From contig NC_086097.1 in NCBI RefSeq assembly GCF_963921235.1, forward strand, positions 230,146,001 through 230,210,000: a DNA stretch of 64,000 nucleotides. Reading direction: 5' to 3'. The notes beneath the pieces are model-generated. The model did not search any database and was not told the DNA's origin. It was given only the letters and a program-made list of their open reading frames with translations. Numbering within the stretch: position 1 is the stretch's first letter; each line of letters starts with the position of its first letter. Position numbers and translations under genes: made by a program. This stretch comes from Mobula hypostoma (Eukaryota). Below, in pieces: positions 11,570 to 21,146 of the stretch.

Positions 11570-13445
11570 GTCTGGAGAGATAGTAATTGGGAACAAAGAA
11601 ATGGGGCATGAGTTTAATAAGTATTTTGCTTCAGTCTTCACTATGGAAGGTACTTGCAGAGTGCCAGAAATGCATGAGTGTCGGGGCAGAAGTAAGTGGT
11701 ATTCCTATTACCAAGGAGAAGGTGTTTGGGTAGCTGAAAAGTCTGAAGACAGGTAAGTCACATGGACCAGATGGACACACCAACGGTTTTCAAAGAGGTG
11801 GCTGAAGAGATTGTGGAGCCATTAATAAAGATCTTTCAAGAATCACTAGATTCTGGAATGGCTCTGGAGGAATGGAAAATTGCAAATGTCATTCCACTCT
11901 TTAAGAAGCAAAGGAAGCAGAAGAAATGAAATTATAGCTGAGTTAGCCTGACTTCAGTGGTTGGCATATGATAAAATAGGCTGAAGTCAGCATGGTTTTA
12001 TAAAGGAGAACTCTTTCCTGACAAGTCTGTTCAAAGTTTAAAGTAAATTTATTATCAAAGTCATCATATACAGCCCTGAGATTTATTTTTTTGCAGGCGT
12101 ACTCAGTAAGTCCAAGAACCATAATAGAATCAATAAAAGACTGCACCTGACAGGGTGGACAAACAACAAACGGTGCAAATACAAAGAGGAAATGCACCAA
12201 AGGATTCTTTGAGGAAATACTATGCAGGATAGACAAAGGAGAGTTAGTGGATGTTGTTTGTTTGGATTTTCAGAAGGCCTTTGACAAAGTGTTGCACATG
12301 AGGCTGCTTAACAAGGTAAGAGTCTGTCGTATTACAGGACAGGTACTAACATGGATAGAAGATTGGCTGACTGGCAGAAGAGAAAGAGTGGGAATAAAGG
12401 TGGCCTTTTTTGGCTGGCTGCCAATGACTGGTGGTGTTCCACAGGGGTCTGTGTTGACTTGTGTTACTGCTTCTTTTCATGTTATAGGTCAGTGATTTGG
12501 TTGAAGGACTTGATGGCTCTGTGAACAAGTTTGTAGATGATACAAAGACAGATGGAGCAGCAGGTAGTATTGAGGAATCAGGGTGTCTGCAGAAGGACTG
12601 AGACAGATTGGGGGAATGGGCAAAGAAGTGGAATATGGAATATAGTGTAGGGAATTGCATGATCATGTACTTTGGCAGAAGAAATACAGGCATAGACTAT
12701 TTTCTAAATGGGCACAAAATTCGAAAACCAGAAGTGAAAAGGGACTTTTGTGCAAGATTCCCTAAAGATTGACTTGCAGGTTGAGTTGGTGGTAAGGAAT
12801 GCAAATACAATGTTAGTGTTCATTTCAAAAGGACTGAAACACTAAAGCAAATGTAATGCTGAAGCTTTCTAAGGCATTAGTCAGACTGCACTTGGAATAC
12901 TGAGAGAAGTTTTGGACCCCTTATCCAAGAAAAGATGTGCTGACATTGGAGAGGGTCCAGAGGATGTTCATGGGAATTATCCCAGCAATGAAAGGGTTAA
13001 CATGAGCGTTTGATGACCTTGGGCCTCTGCTTGTTGGAGATTAGAAGAAAGAAGGGGTGATTTCATTGAAATCTATCGGATATTGAAAAGCTCAGATAGA
13101 ATGGATGTGAAGAGATGTTTCATATAGTTGGAGAGTCTACGACCAGAGGGCACAACTTCGGAATTGAAAGACATCCATTTAGAACACAGATGAGGAAAAA
13201 TGTCTTTAGCCAGAGGCTGGTGAATCTGTGGAATTCATTCTCACAGACAGCTGTGTAGGCAGATTCATTGGATATATTTAAAGTGGAGGTTGATAGTTTC
13301 TTGATTAATCAGGACGTCAAATGGTTCAGTGCCAAGGCAGAAGAATGGTGTTGAGGGATAATAACTCAGCCCCAATGGAATGGCAGAGGAGACTTGATGG
13401 GACAAATGGCCTAATTCTGGTCCTTAGCGTTATAGTCTTATATAA
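11570..13445 (+). mobile_element. CR1 LINE ORF2 + 3' end (decayed; short Rex1-type tail inserted at about 12030-12195)
   Basis: Reads FNKYFASVFT, DVVCLDFQKAFDKV and GGVPQGSVL, with many stops. Confidence 0.9.
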
Positions 13446-14407
13446 ACATTCTGGGTCTTGCTATCTAAAAATCAGTGGCAATAGTGATGATATTGCAAAG
13501 TAAGAGTGATAAGAGTGATGATGGAGCAGTGAAGAAACTAATATTCAGTTCTGGGAGCTGTAAAAAGGGAAGTGAAATAACTGAAATAATCAAAAGAAAG
13601 GGAACAGAATTCTGGACATTCTGATTGTCTAAAAATGTTGAACTCTAAATTGAGTTCAGTCTGAAAAATTGTTCATTTTGAATATTGGGAGGAAACAAAT
13701 TCAAATCAAATCAAATTGAAATTAACTTAACAGCATTCTTCAAAAAAAGAAAAGAATTGGAAGGTAGGAGAATGAGGGGGTGATCTTATAGAAATATTTT
13801 GAAGTTATGTGAGTAAAGTTAAGTTGGGTGGTAACAGTCTTTTCCCCAGGGTAGGAGAGTCCAAAACTAGGACCTTTTGAGAATGGCAGGCGGTGACGAG
13901 TGGGGTACCGCAAGGCTCAGTGCTGGGACCCCAGTTGTTTACAATATATATTAATGACTTGGATGAGGGAATTAAATGCAGCATCTCCAAGTTTGCGGAT
14001 GACACGAAGCTGGGTGGCAGTGTTAGCTGTGAGGAGGATGCTAAGAGGATGCAGGGTGACTTGGATAGGTTGGGTGAGTGGGCAAATTCATGGCAGATGC
14101 AATTTAATGTGGATAAATGTGAAGTTATCCACTTTGGTGGCAAAAATAGGAAAACAGATTATTATCTGAATGGTGGCCGATTAGGAAAAGGGGAGGTGCA
14201 ACGAGACCTGGGTGTCATTATACACCAGTCATTGAAAGTGGGCATGCAGGTACAGCAGGCGGTGAAAAAGGCGAATGGTATGCTGGCATTTACAGCGAGA
14301 GGATTCGAGTATAGAAACATAGAAACATAGAAAATAGGTGCAGGAGTAGGCCATTCGGCCCTTCGAGCCTGCACCGCCATTATTATGATCATGGCTGATC
14401 ATCCAAC

Positions 14408-17400
14408 TCAGAACCCCGCCCCAGCCTTCCCTCCATACCCCCTGACCCCCATAGCCACAAGGGCCATATCTAACTCCCTCTTAAATATAGCCAATGAACT
14501 GGCCTCAATAGTTTCCTGTGGCAGAGAATTCCACAGATTCACCACTCTCTGTGTGAAGAAGTTTTTCCTAATCTCGGTCCTAAAAGGCTTCCCCTCTATC
14601 CTCAAACGGTGGCCCCTTGTTCTGGACTTCCCCAACATCGGGAACAATCTTCCTGCATCTAGCCTGTCCAATCCCTTTAGGATCTTACACGTTTCAATCA
14701 GATACCCCCTCAATCTTCTAAATTCCAACGAGTACAAGCCCAGTTCATCCAGTCTTTCTTCATATGAAAGTCCTGCCATCCCAGGAATCAATCTGGTGAA
14801 CCTACTTTGTACTCCCTCTATGGCAAGGATGTCTTTCCGCAGATTAGGGGACCAAAACTGCACACAATACTCCAGGTGTGGTCTCACCAAGGCCTTGTAC
14901 AACTGCAGTAGTACCTCCCTGCTCCTGTACTCGAATCCTCTCGCTATAAATGCCAGCATACCGTTCGCCTTTTTCACTGCCTGCTGTACCTGCATGCCCA
15001 CTTTCAATGACTGGTGTATAATGACACCCAGGTCTCGTTGCACCTCCCCTTTTCCTAATCGGCCACCATTCAGATAATAATCTGTTTTCCTATTTTTGCC
15101 ACCAAAGTGGATAACTTCACATTTATCCACATTAAATTGCATCTGCCATGAATTTGCCCACTCACCCAACCTATCCAAGTCACCCTGCATCCTCTTAGCA
15201 TCCTCCTCACTGCTAACACTGCCACCCAGCTTCGTGTCATCCGCAAACTTGGAGATGCTGCATTTAATTCCCTCATCCAAGTCATTAATATATATTGTAA
15301 ACAACTGGGGTCCCAGCACTGAGCCTTGCGGTACCCCACTAGTCACCGCCTGCCATTCTGAAAAGGTCCCGTTTATTCCCACTCTTTGCTTTCTGTCCGC
15401 TAACCAATTCTCCACCCACACCAATACCTTACCCCCAATACCGTGTGCTTTAAGTTTGCACACTAATCTCCTGTGTGGGACCTTGTCAAAAGCCTTTTGA
15501 AAATCCAAATATACCACATCCACTGGTTCTCCCCTATCCACTCTACTAGTTACATCCTCAAAAAATTCTATGAGATTCATCAGACATGATTTTCCTTTCA
15601 CAAATCCATGCTGACTTTGTCCGATCATTTCACCGCTTTCCAAATGTGCTGTTATCACATCCTTGATAACTGACTCCAGCAGTTTCCCCACCACCGACGT
15701 TAGGTTAACCGGTCTATAATTCCCCGGTTTCTCTCTCCCTCCTTTTTTAGAAAGTGAGGTTACATTAGCCACCCTCCAATCCTCAGGAACTAGCCCAGAA
15801 TCTAACGAGTTTTGAAAAATTATCACTAATGCAACCACTATTTCTTGGGCTACTTCCTTAAGCACTCTAGGATGCAGACCATCTGGCCCTGGGGATTTAT
15901 CTGCCTTCAATCCCTTCAATTTACCTAACACCACTTCCCTACTAACATGTATTTCGCTCAGTTCCTCCATCTCACTGGACCCTCCGTCCCTTACTATTTC
16001 TGGAAGATTATTTATGTCCTCCTTAGTGAAGACAGAACCAAAGTAATTATTCAATTGGTCTGCCATGTCCTTGCTCCCCATAATCAATTCACCTGTTTTT
16101 GTCTGCAGGGTACCTACATTTGTCTTTACCAGTCTTTTCCTTTTTACATATCTATAAAAGCTTTTACAGTCCGTTTTTATGTTCCCTGCCAGTTTTCTCT
16201 CATAATCTTTTTTCCCCTTCCTAATTAAGCCCTTTGTCCTCCTCTGCTGAACTCTGAATTTCTCCCAGTCCTCAAGTGAGCCACTTTCTCTGGCTAATTT
16301 GTATGCTTCTTCTTTGGAATTGATACTATCCCTAATTTCTCTTGTCAGCCACGGGTGCACTACCTTCCTTGATTTATTCTTTTGCCAAACTGGGATGAAC
16401 AATTGTTGTAGTTCATCCATGCAACCTTTAAATGCTTGCCATTGCATATCCACCGTCAATCCTTTAAGTGTCATTTGCCAGTCTATCTTAGCTAATTCAC
16501 GTCTCATACCTTCAAAGTTACCCCTCTTTAAGTTCAGAACCTTTGTTTCTGAATTAATTATCTCACTCTCCATCTTAATGAAGAATTCCACCATATTATG
16601 GTCATTCTTACCCAAGGGGCCTCTCACGACAAGATCGCTAATTAACCCTTCCTCATTGCTCAAAACCCAGTCCAGAATAGCCTGCTCTCTAGTTGGTTCC
16701 TCGACATGTTGGTTCAAAAAACCATCCTGCATACATTCCAAGAAATCCTCTTCCTCAGCACCTTTACCAATTTGGTTCACCCAGTCTACATGTAGATTGA
16801 AGTCACCCATTATAACTGCTGTTCCTTTATTACACACATTTCTAATTTCCTGTTTAATACCATCTCCGACCTCACTACTACTGTTAGGTGGCCTGTACAC
16901 AACTCCCACCAGCATCTTCTGCCCCTTAGTGTTACGCAGCTCTACCCATATCGATTCCACATCTTCCCGGCTTATGTCCTTCCTTTCTATTGCGTTAATC
17001 TCTTCTTTAACCAGCAACGCCACCCCACCTCCTTTTCTTTCATGTCTATCCCTCCTGAATATTGAATATCCCTGAACGCTGAGCTCCCATCCCTGGTCAC
17101 CCTGGAGCCATGTCTCTGTGATCCCAACTATATCATAATCATTAATAACAATCTGCACTTTCAATTCATCCACCTTATTACGAATGCTCCTTGCACTGAC
17201 ACACAAAGCCTTCAGGCGCTCTTTTACAACTCTCTTAGCCCTTATACAATTATGTTGAAAAGTGGCCCTTTTTAATGCTTGCCCTGGATTTGTTGGCCTG
17301 CCACTTTTACTTTTCTCCTTTGTACTTTTTGCTTCTACCCTCACTTCACACCCCTCTGTCTCTCTGCACTGGTTCCCATCCCTCTGTTGTGAACTAACCT

Positions 17401-17440
17401 CCTCACGCCTAGCCTCTTTAATTTGATTCCCACTCCCCAA
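14408..17440 (-). CDS. CR1 ORF2: APE endonuclease + reverse transcriptase (open for 1010 codons)
   Basis: Endonuclease motifs GITETWL, MGDFN and NDH; RT motifs YLDFQKAFDKV, GVPQGSVLGP and KFADDTK. The listed start is TTG; the first ATG lies inside the endonuclease domain. Confidence 0.95.
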   Translation of the reverse strand: MGSGNQIKEARREEVSSQQRDGNQCRETEGCEVRVEAKSTKEKSKSGRPTNPGQALKRATFQHNCIRAKRVVKERLKALCVSARSIRNKVDELKVQIVINDYDIVGITETWLQGDQGWELSVQGYSIFRRDRHERKGGGVALLVKEEINAIERKDISREDVESIWVELRNTKGQKMLVGVVYRPPNSSSEVGDGIKQEIRNVCNKGTAVIMGDFNLHVDWVNQIGKGAEEEDFLECMQDGFLNQHVEEPTREQAILDWVLSNEEGLISDLVVRGPLGKNDHNMVEFFIKMESEIINSETKVLNLKRGNFEGMRRELAKIDWQMTLKGLTVDMQWQAFKGCMDELQQLFIPVWQKNKSRKVVHPWLTREIRDSINSKEEAYKLARESGSLEDWEKFRVQQRRTKGLIRKGKKDYERKLAGNIKTDCKSFYRYVKRKRLVKTNVGTLQTKTGELIMGSKDMADQLNNYFGSVFTKEDINNLPEIVRDGGSSEMEELSEIHVSREVVLGKLKGLKADKSPGPDGLHPRVLKEVAQEIVVALVIIFQNSLDSGLVPEDWRVANVTSLSKKGGREKPGNYRPVNLTSVVGKLLESVIKDVITAHLESGEMIGQSQHGFVKGKSCLMNLIEFFEDVTSRVDRGEPVDVVYLDFQKAFDKVPHRRLVCKLKAHGIGGKVLVWVENWLADRKQRVGINGTFSEWQAVTSGVPQGSVLGPQLFTIYINDLDEGIKCSISKFADDTKLGGSVSSEEDAKRMQGDLDRLGEWANSWQMQFNVDKCEVIHFGGKNRKTDYYLNGGRLGKGEVQRDLGVIIHQSLKVGMQVQQAVKKANGMLAFIARGFEYRSREVLLQLYKALVRPHLEYCVQFWSPNLRKDILAIEGVQSRFTRLIPGMAGLSYEERLDELGLYSLEFRRLRGYLIETCKILKGLDRLDAGRLFPMLGKSRTRGHRLRIEGKPFRTEIRKNFFTQRVVNLWNSLPQETIEASSLAIFKRELDMALVAMGVRGYGGKAGAGF

Positions 17441-17445
17441 CCATT

Positions 17446-17745
17446 CTAGTTTAAAGTCACCTCAGTAGCCCCCGCTAATCTCCCTGCCAGGATATTGGTC
17501 CCCCTAGGATTCAAGTGTAACCCGTCCTTTTTGTACAGGTCACGCCTGCGCCAAAAGAGGTCCCAATGATCCAAAAACTTGAATCCCTGCCCCCTGCTCC
17601 AATCCCTCAGCCACGCATTTATCCTCCACCTCATCGCATTCCTACTCTCACTGTTGGGTGGCACAGGCAGTAATCCCGAGATTACTACCTTTGCGGTCCT
17701 TTTTCTCAACTCCCTTCCTAGCTCCCTATATTCTCCTTTCAGGAC
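17446..17745 (-). CDS. CR1 ORF1 C-terminal fragment (SGNH esterase-like), 5'-truncated
   Basis: Reads VVISGLLPVP...FLDHWDLFW...DGLHLN (DxxH motif); stop TAG at 17446-17448. Confidence 0.85.
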   Translation of the reverse strand, partial: VLKGEYRELGRELRKRTAKVVISGLLPVPPNSESRNAMRWRINAWLRDWSRGQGFKFLDHWDLFWRRRDLYKKDGLHLNPRGTNILAGRLAGATEVTLN

Positions 17746-18792
17746 TATAGGAGCAGGGAGGTACTACTGCAGTTGTACAAGGCCTTGGTGAGACCACACC
17801 TGGAGTATTGTGTGCAGTTTTGGTCCCCTAATCTGAGGAAAGACATCCTTGCCATAGAGGGAGTACAAAGAAGGTTCACCAGATTGATTCCTGGGATGGC
17901 AGGACTTTCATATGAAGAAAGACTGGATGAACTGGGCTTGTACTCATTGGAATTTAGAAGATTGAGGGGGTATCTGATTGAAACGTATAAGATCCTAAAG
18001 GGATTGGACAGGCTAGATGCAGGAAGATTGTTCCCGATGTTGGGGAAGTCCAGAACGAGGGGCCACCGTTTGAGGATAGAGGGGAAGCCTTTTAGGACCG
18101 AGATTAGGAAAAACTTCTTCACACAGAGAGTGGTGAATCTGTGGAATTCTCTGCCACAGGAAACAGTTGAGGCCAGTTCATTAGCTATATTTAAGAGGGA
18201 GTTAGATATGGTCCTTGTGGCTACGGGGGTCAGGGGGAATGGAGGGAAGGCTGGGGCGGGGTTCTGAGTTGGATGATCAGCCATGATCATAATAAATGGC
18301 GGTGCAGGCTCGAAGGGCCGAGTGGCCTACTCCTGCACCTATTTTCTATGTTTCTATGTTTCTATGCATAGGTTTAGGGTGGGAGGGGAAAGATTTAGTT
18401 GAGATCTGAGTGGCAATTTTTTCACGCAGAGAGCGGGGGAATACATTGAGACAGATGAAATAGTATCATTGAAGAAGCAGTTGGATAGGTATATGGAGGG
18501 GAGGGCTTAGAGGGATATAGGTGGAATGCAGGAAGTTGGGACTAGTTTTCTGGGCATTGTGACCATCGGACAAAGAGTTTGCGTCTGTGTTGTATTGCTC
18601 TGTGATTGGAATAAAAAGGAAACCATTTTGTATGATTTTCAGGATATTCTTTGCATGCATTACATCAATAATATATTATGCAATGGAAGTAGATTTCCTG
18701 GAATAATCCACCAAATAAGTAAAAACTGTGTGCTGCAATTATTAAATTGAATGAAATGAAAAGAGTGCTGTTGTTAATGTTTGTTTTAGTCA

Positions 18793-19280
18793 ATAAGACA
18801 TAGGAACAGAATTAGGCTGTTCCACTCATCAAATCTGCTTTTCCATTTGATCGTGGCTGATTTATTTTCCCTCTTAGCTGCGTTCTCCTGCTATATGCTT
18901 GTAACCTTTAATGCCCTGACTAGTCAAGAATCTATCAACCACTACTTTATGTATATCCTATGACATGGCCTGCACAGCCAATTGTGGCAATTAATTCCAC
19001 AGATTCAGCACACTCTGGCTAAAGAAATGCCTTCTCATCTCTATTCTCAAGGGACGTTTTTCTATTCTGAGGCTGTGCCCTCTGATCCTAGACTCTCCCG
19101 ATATAGGAAACGTCCTTTCCATATCCACTCTGTCTACACCTTTCAATATTTCAATGAGATCCTCCCTCATTTTTCTAAACTCCTTGAGGGTCCAGACCCA
19201 GAGCCATCAAACACTCTTCATTAGTTAACCCTTTCATTCCTGGGCTCATCCTCACAAACCTCCTCTGGACCCTCTCCAAT
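18793..19280 (-). mobile_element. CR1 3' fragment (decayed)
   Basis: Homologous to the other CR1 3' ends in the window. Confidence 0.8.
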
Positions 19281-19576
19281 GAATTTTATTTTGTTTTTCA
19301 AAACTTACATTTACTTTTGAAATGGTGAATTTATTTCTGCCTTTGTTTTAGTTTAGCATACTGACTTCAACTTCTTTAAAATTGAATTTTAAAACAGCAA
19401 ATTTACCAAACAAAATAAAGAGGAAATGGCAAAGATATAAATAGGCCATAGTATGAGACAATTTGGACGAGACATAATGAGCTGATTAAGTGGATAAGGA
19501 TGAGGGGTTCATAAGGGAAAATGAGAACCAGGATGAATTTCATTTCCACTATCTCACTGAACGCAAGTAAACTCAA

Positions 19577-20243
19577 TTGACAATAGACATTAGGTGCAGG
19601 AGTAGGCCATTCGGCCCTTTGAGCCAGCACTGCCATTCACTGTGATCATGGCTGATCATCCACAATCAGTACCCGTTCCTACCTTCTCCCCATTTCCCTT
19701 GACTCCACCATTTTTAAGAGCTCTATCTAACTCTTTCTTGAAAGCATCCAGAGAATTGGCCTCCACTGCCTTCTGAGGCAGAGCATTCCACAGATCCACA
19801 ACTCTCTGGGTGAAAAAGTCTTTCTTCAACGCCGTTCTAAATGGCCCACCCCTTATTGTTAAACTGTAGCCTCTGGTTCTGGACTCCCCCGACATCGGGA
19901 ACATGTTTCCTGCCTCTAGCGTGTCCAATCCCTTAATAATCTTATATGTTTCAATCAGATCCCCTCTCATCCTTCTAAATTCCAGTGTATACAAGCCCAG
20001 TTGCTCCAATCTGTCAACATATGACAGTCCTGCCATCCCGGGAATTAACCTTGTGAACCTACGCTGCACTCCCTCAATAGCAAGAACGTCCTTCCTCAAA
20101 TTTGGAGACCAAAACTGCACACAATACTCCAGGTGTGGTCTCACCAGGGCCCTGTACAACCGCAGAAGGACCTCTTTGCTCCTATACTCAACTCCCCTTG
20201 TTATGAAGGCCAACATGCCATTAGCTTTCTCCACTGCCTGCTG
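19577..20243 (-). mobile_element. CR1 3' fragment with (ATTGTCT)-type tail
   Basis: ORF reads QQAVEKANGML...LYRALVRPHLEYCVQFWSP. Confidence 0.92.
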
Positions 20244-20670
20244 TATTAATTTCATAACCAAAAGTAATATACTGTAACATTCTTCATCAAATAGACAGCA
20301 GTAGGAGTTAGGCCCTGAGCAGCCCACAATTTACTGGAGGAACTCAGCAGGTCAGGCAGCATCTTTGGAGGAGAATAAGTGAAGCACCTTCAATAACTCC
20401 AAAAGACTGAAAAGGAGGTGTCTTTTGAGCGCGCTCATCGCGCCATCGTAGCTCGGCTGGTCTCTGATCAGTGAATGGACCCGTGGACTGACCCTGTAGA
20501 GTAGAACTCTGCGGTTTGCTACGGGGTCGGTCGCTTTAATCTCCTCTATGTACGCTTCGAAGCAGGGCAGAGTTCAAAAGAGTTTCCAGCTTCAGATGTT
20601 TGCGGATCGAGGTCTAATTTGTCAGGGCTCAGTGCATGTTCTATGCTTTAAAATGTACAGCAAATAAAAT

Positions 20671-20900
20671 TGAAGCATCTTCAATAACTCCAGAAGACTG
20701 AGGTTAGGTAAAGTACCAAAAGGCTTTTATTAGCTGTACAATACGACCTCCATGGTGAGTGTCTGCCCCTGGACTGAGGGAGAGGGGCAAGGCAAAACAC
20801 CTTTATACAGGAATCTGTGGGAGGAGCTACAGGGACAGTCAGCAGAGGGGCGTGTCCAGACAGTTAACCCAGTTACAACATATATACATGGTTTACCACA
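20671..20900 (-). repeat. Gypsy 3' LTR (230 bp)
   Basis: Differs from the 5' LTR by roughly a dozen substitutions and two small indels (counted by eye). Confidence 0.95.
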
Positions 20901-20918
20901 TTCACCCCTCCTTTTTTT
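20901..20918 (-). other. Polypurine tract
   Basis: Minus strand AAAAAAAGGAGGGGTGAA immediately before the 3' LTR. Confidence 0.85.
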
Positions 20919-21146
20919 AAGAGTCCCACGGGGTGAAGTGACTGACAATATTTACAACAAGTATATTTACAGGTTAAGTCTATCAGGCGGTCGAGTCCGT
21001 CGCTGTGATCTACGTAGCACCGGTGGTGATTGCATCGGTGACGGCGGTTGTGCTGGCTCCGGCCTGACTTGAGGTGCCAGCACGTTAGGCGTTGTTAATC
21101 CCTCATGCGTGTGCGTAGCGCCCAGTATGGGAGTGTCGTGTGGTGT

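Larger units (their letters stand above)
14315..17745 (-). mobile_element. Young CR1 LINE: ORF1 3' part, complete ORF2, 3' UTR
   Basis: Contains the two ORFs below, a 3' hairpin and (TTTCTATG)n tail; flanked by a TATAG duplication. Confidence 0.97.
13872..18366 (+). mobile_element. Young 5'-truncated CR1 split in two (13872-14314 and 17746-18366)
   Basis: ORF 13893-14330 ends ..RGFEYR and the sequence resumes at 17746 as YRSREVLLQLYKALVRP. TATAG is duplicated at 14310-14314 and 17746-17750; the tail is (TTTCTATG)n. Confidence 0.9.
13760..18605 (+). mobile_element. Old CR1 3' fragment split by later insertions (pieces 13760-13871 and 18367-18605)
   Basis: GGAGAGTCCAAAACTAG at about 13855-13870 continues as CATAGGTTTAGGGTGGGAGGGG at 18367. 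Confidence 0.7.

Noticed and set aside
14385..17075. Long plus-strand ORFs (230 aa, 134 aa, 258 aa) opposite CR1 ORF2
   Set aside because: These are antisense shadows of the CR1 coding frame, recurring in the other CR1 copies, with no independent motifs.
14315..18360. Apparent ~600-bp terminal inverted repeats suggesting a DIRS-like or DNA element
   Set aside because: Explained by an antisense CR1 inserted into a same-family CR1, with a TATAG TSD and a host ORF that rejoins.
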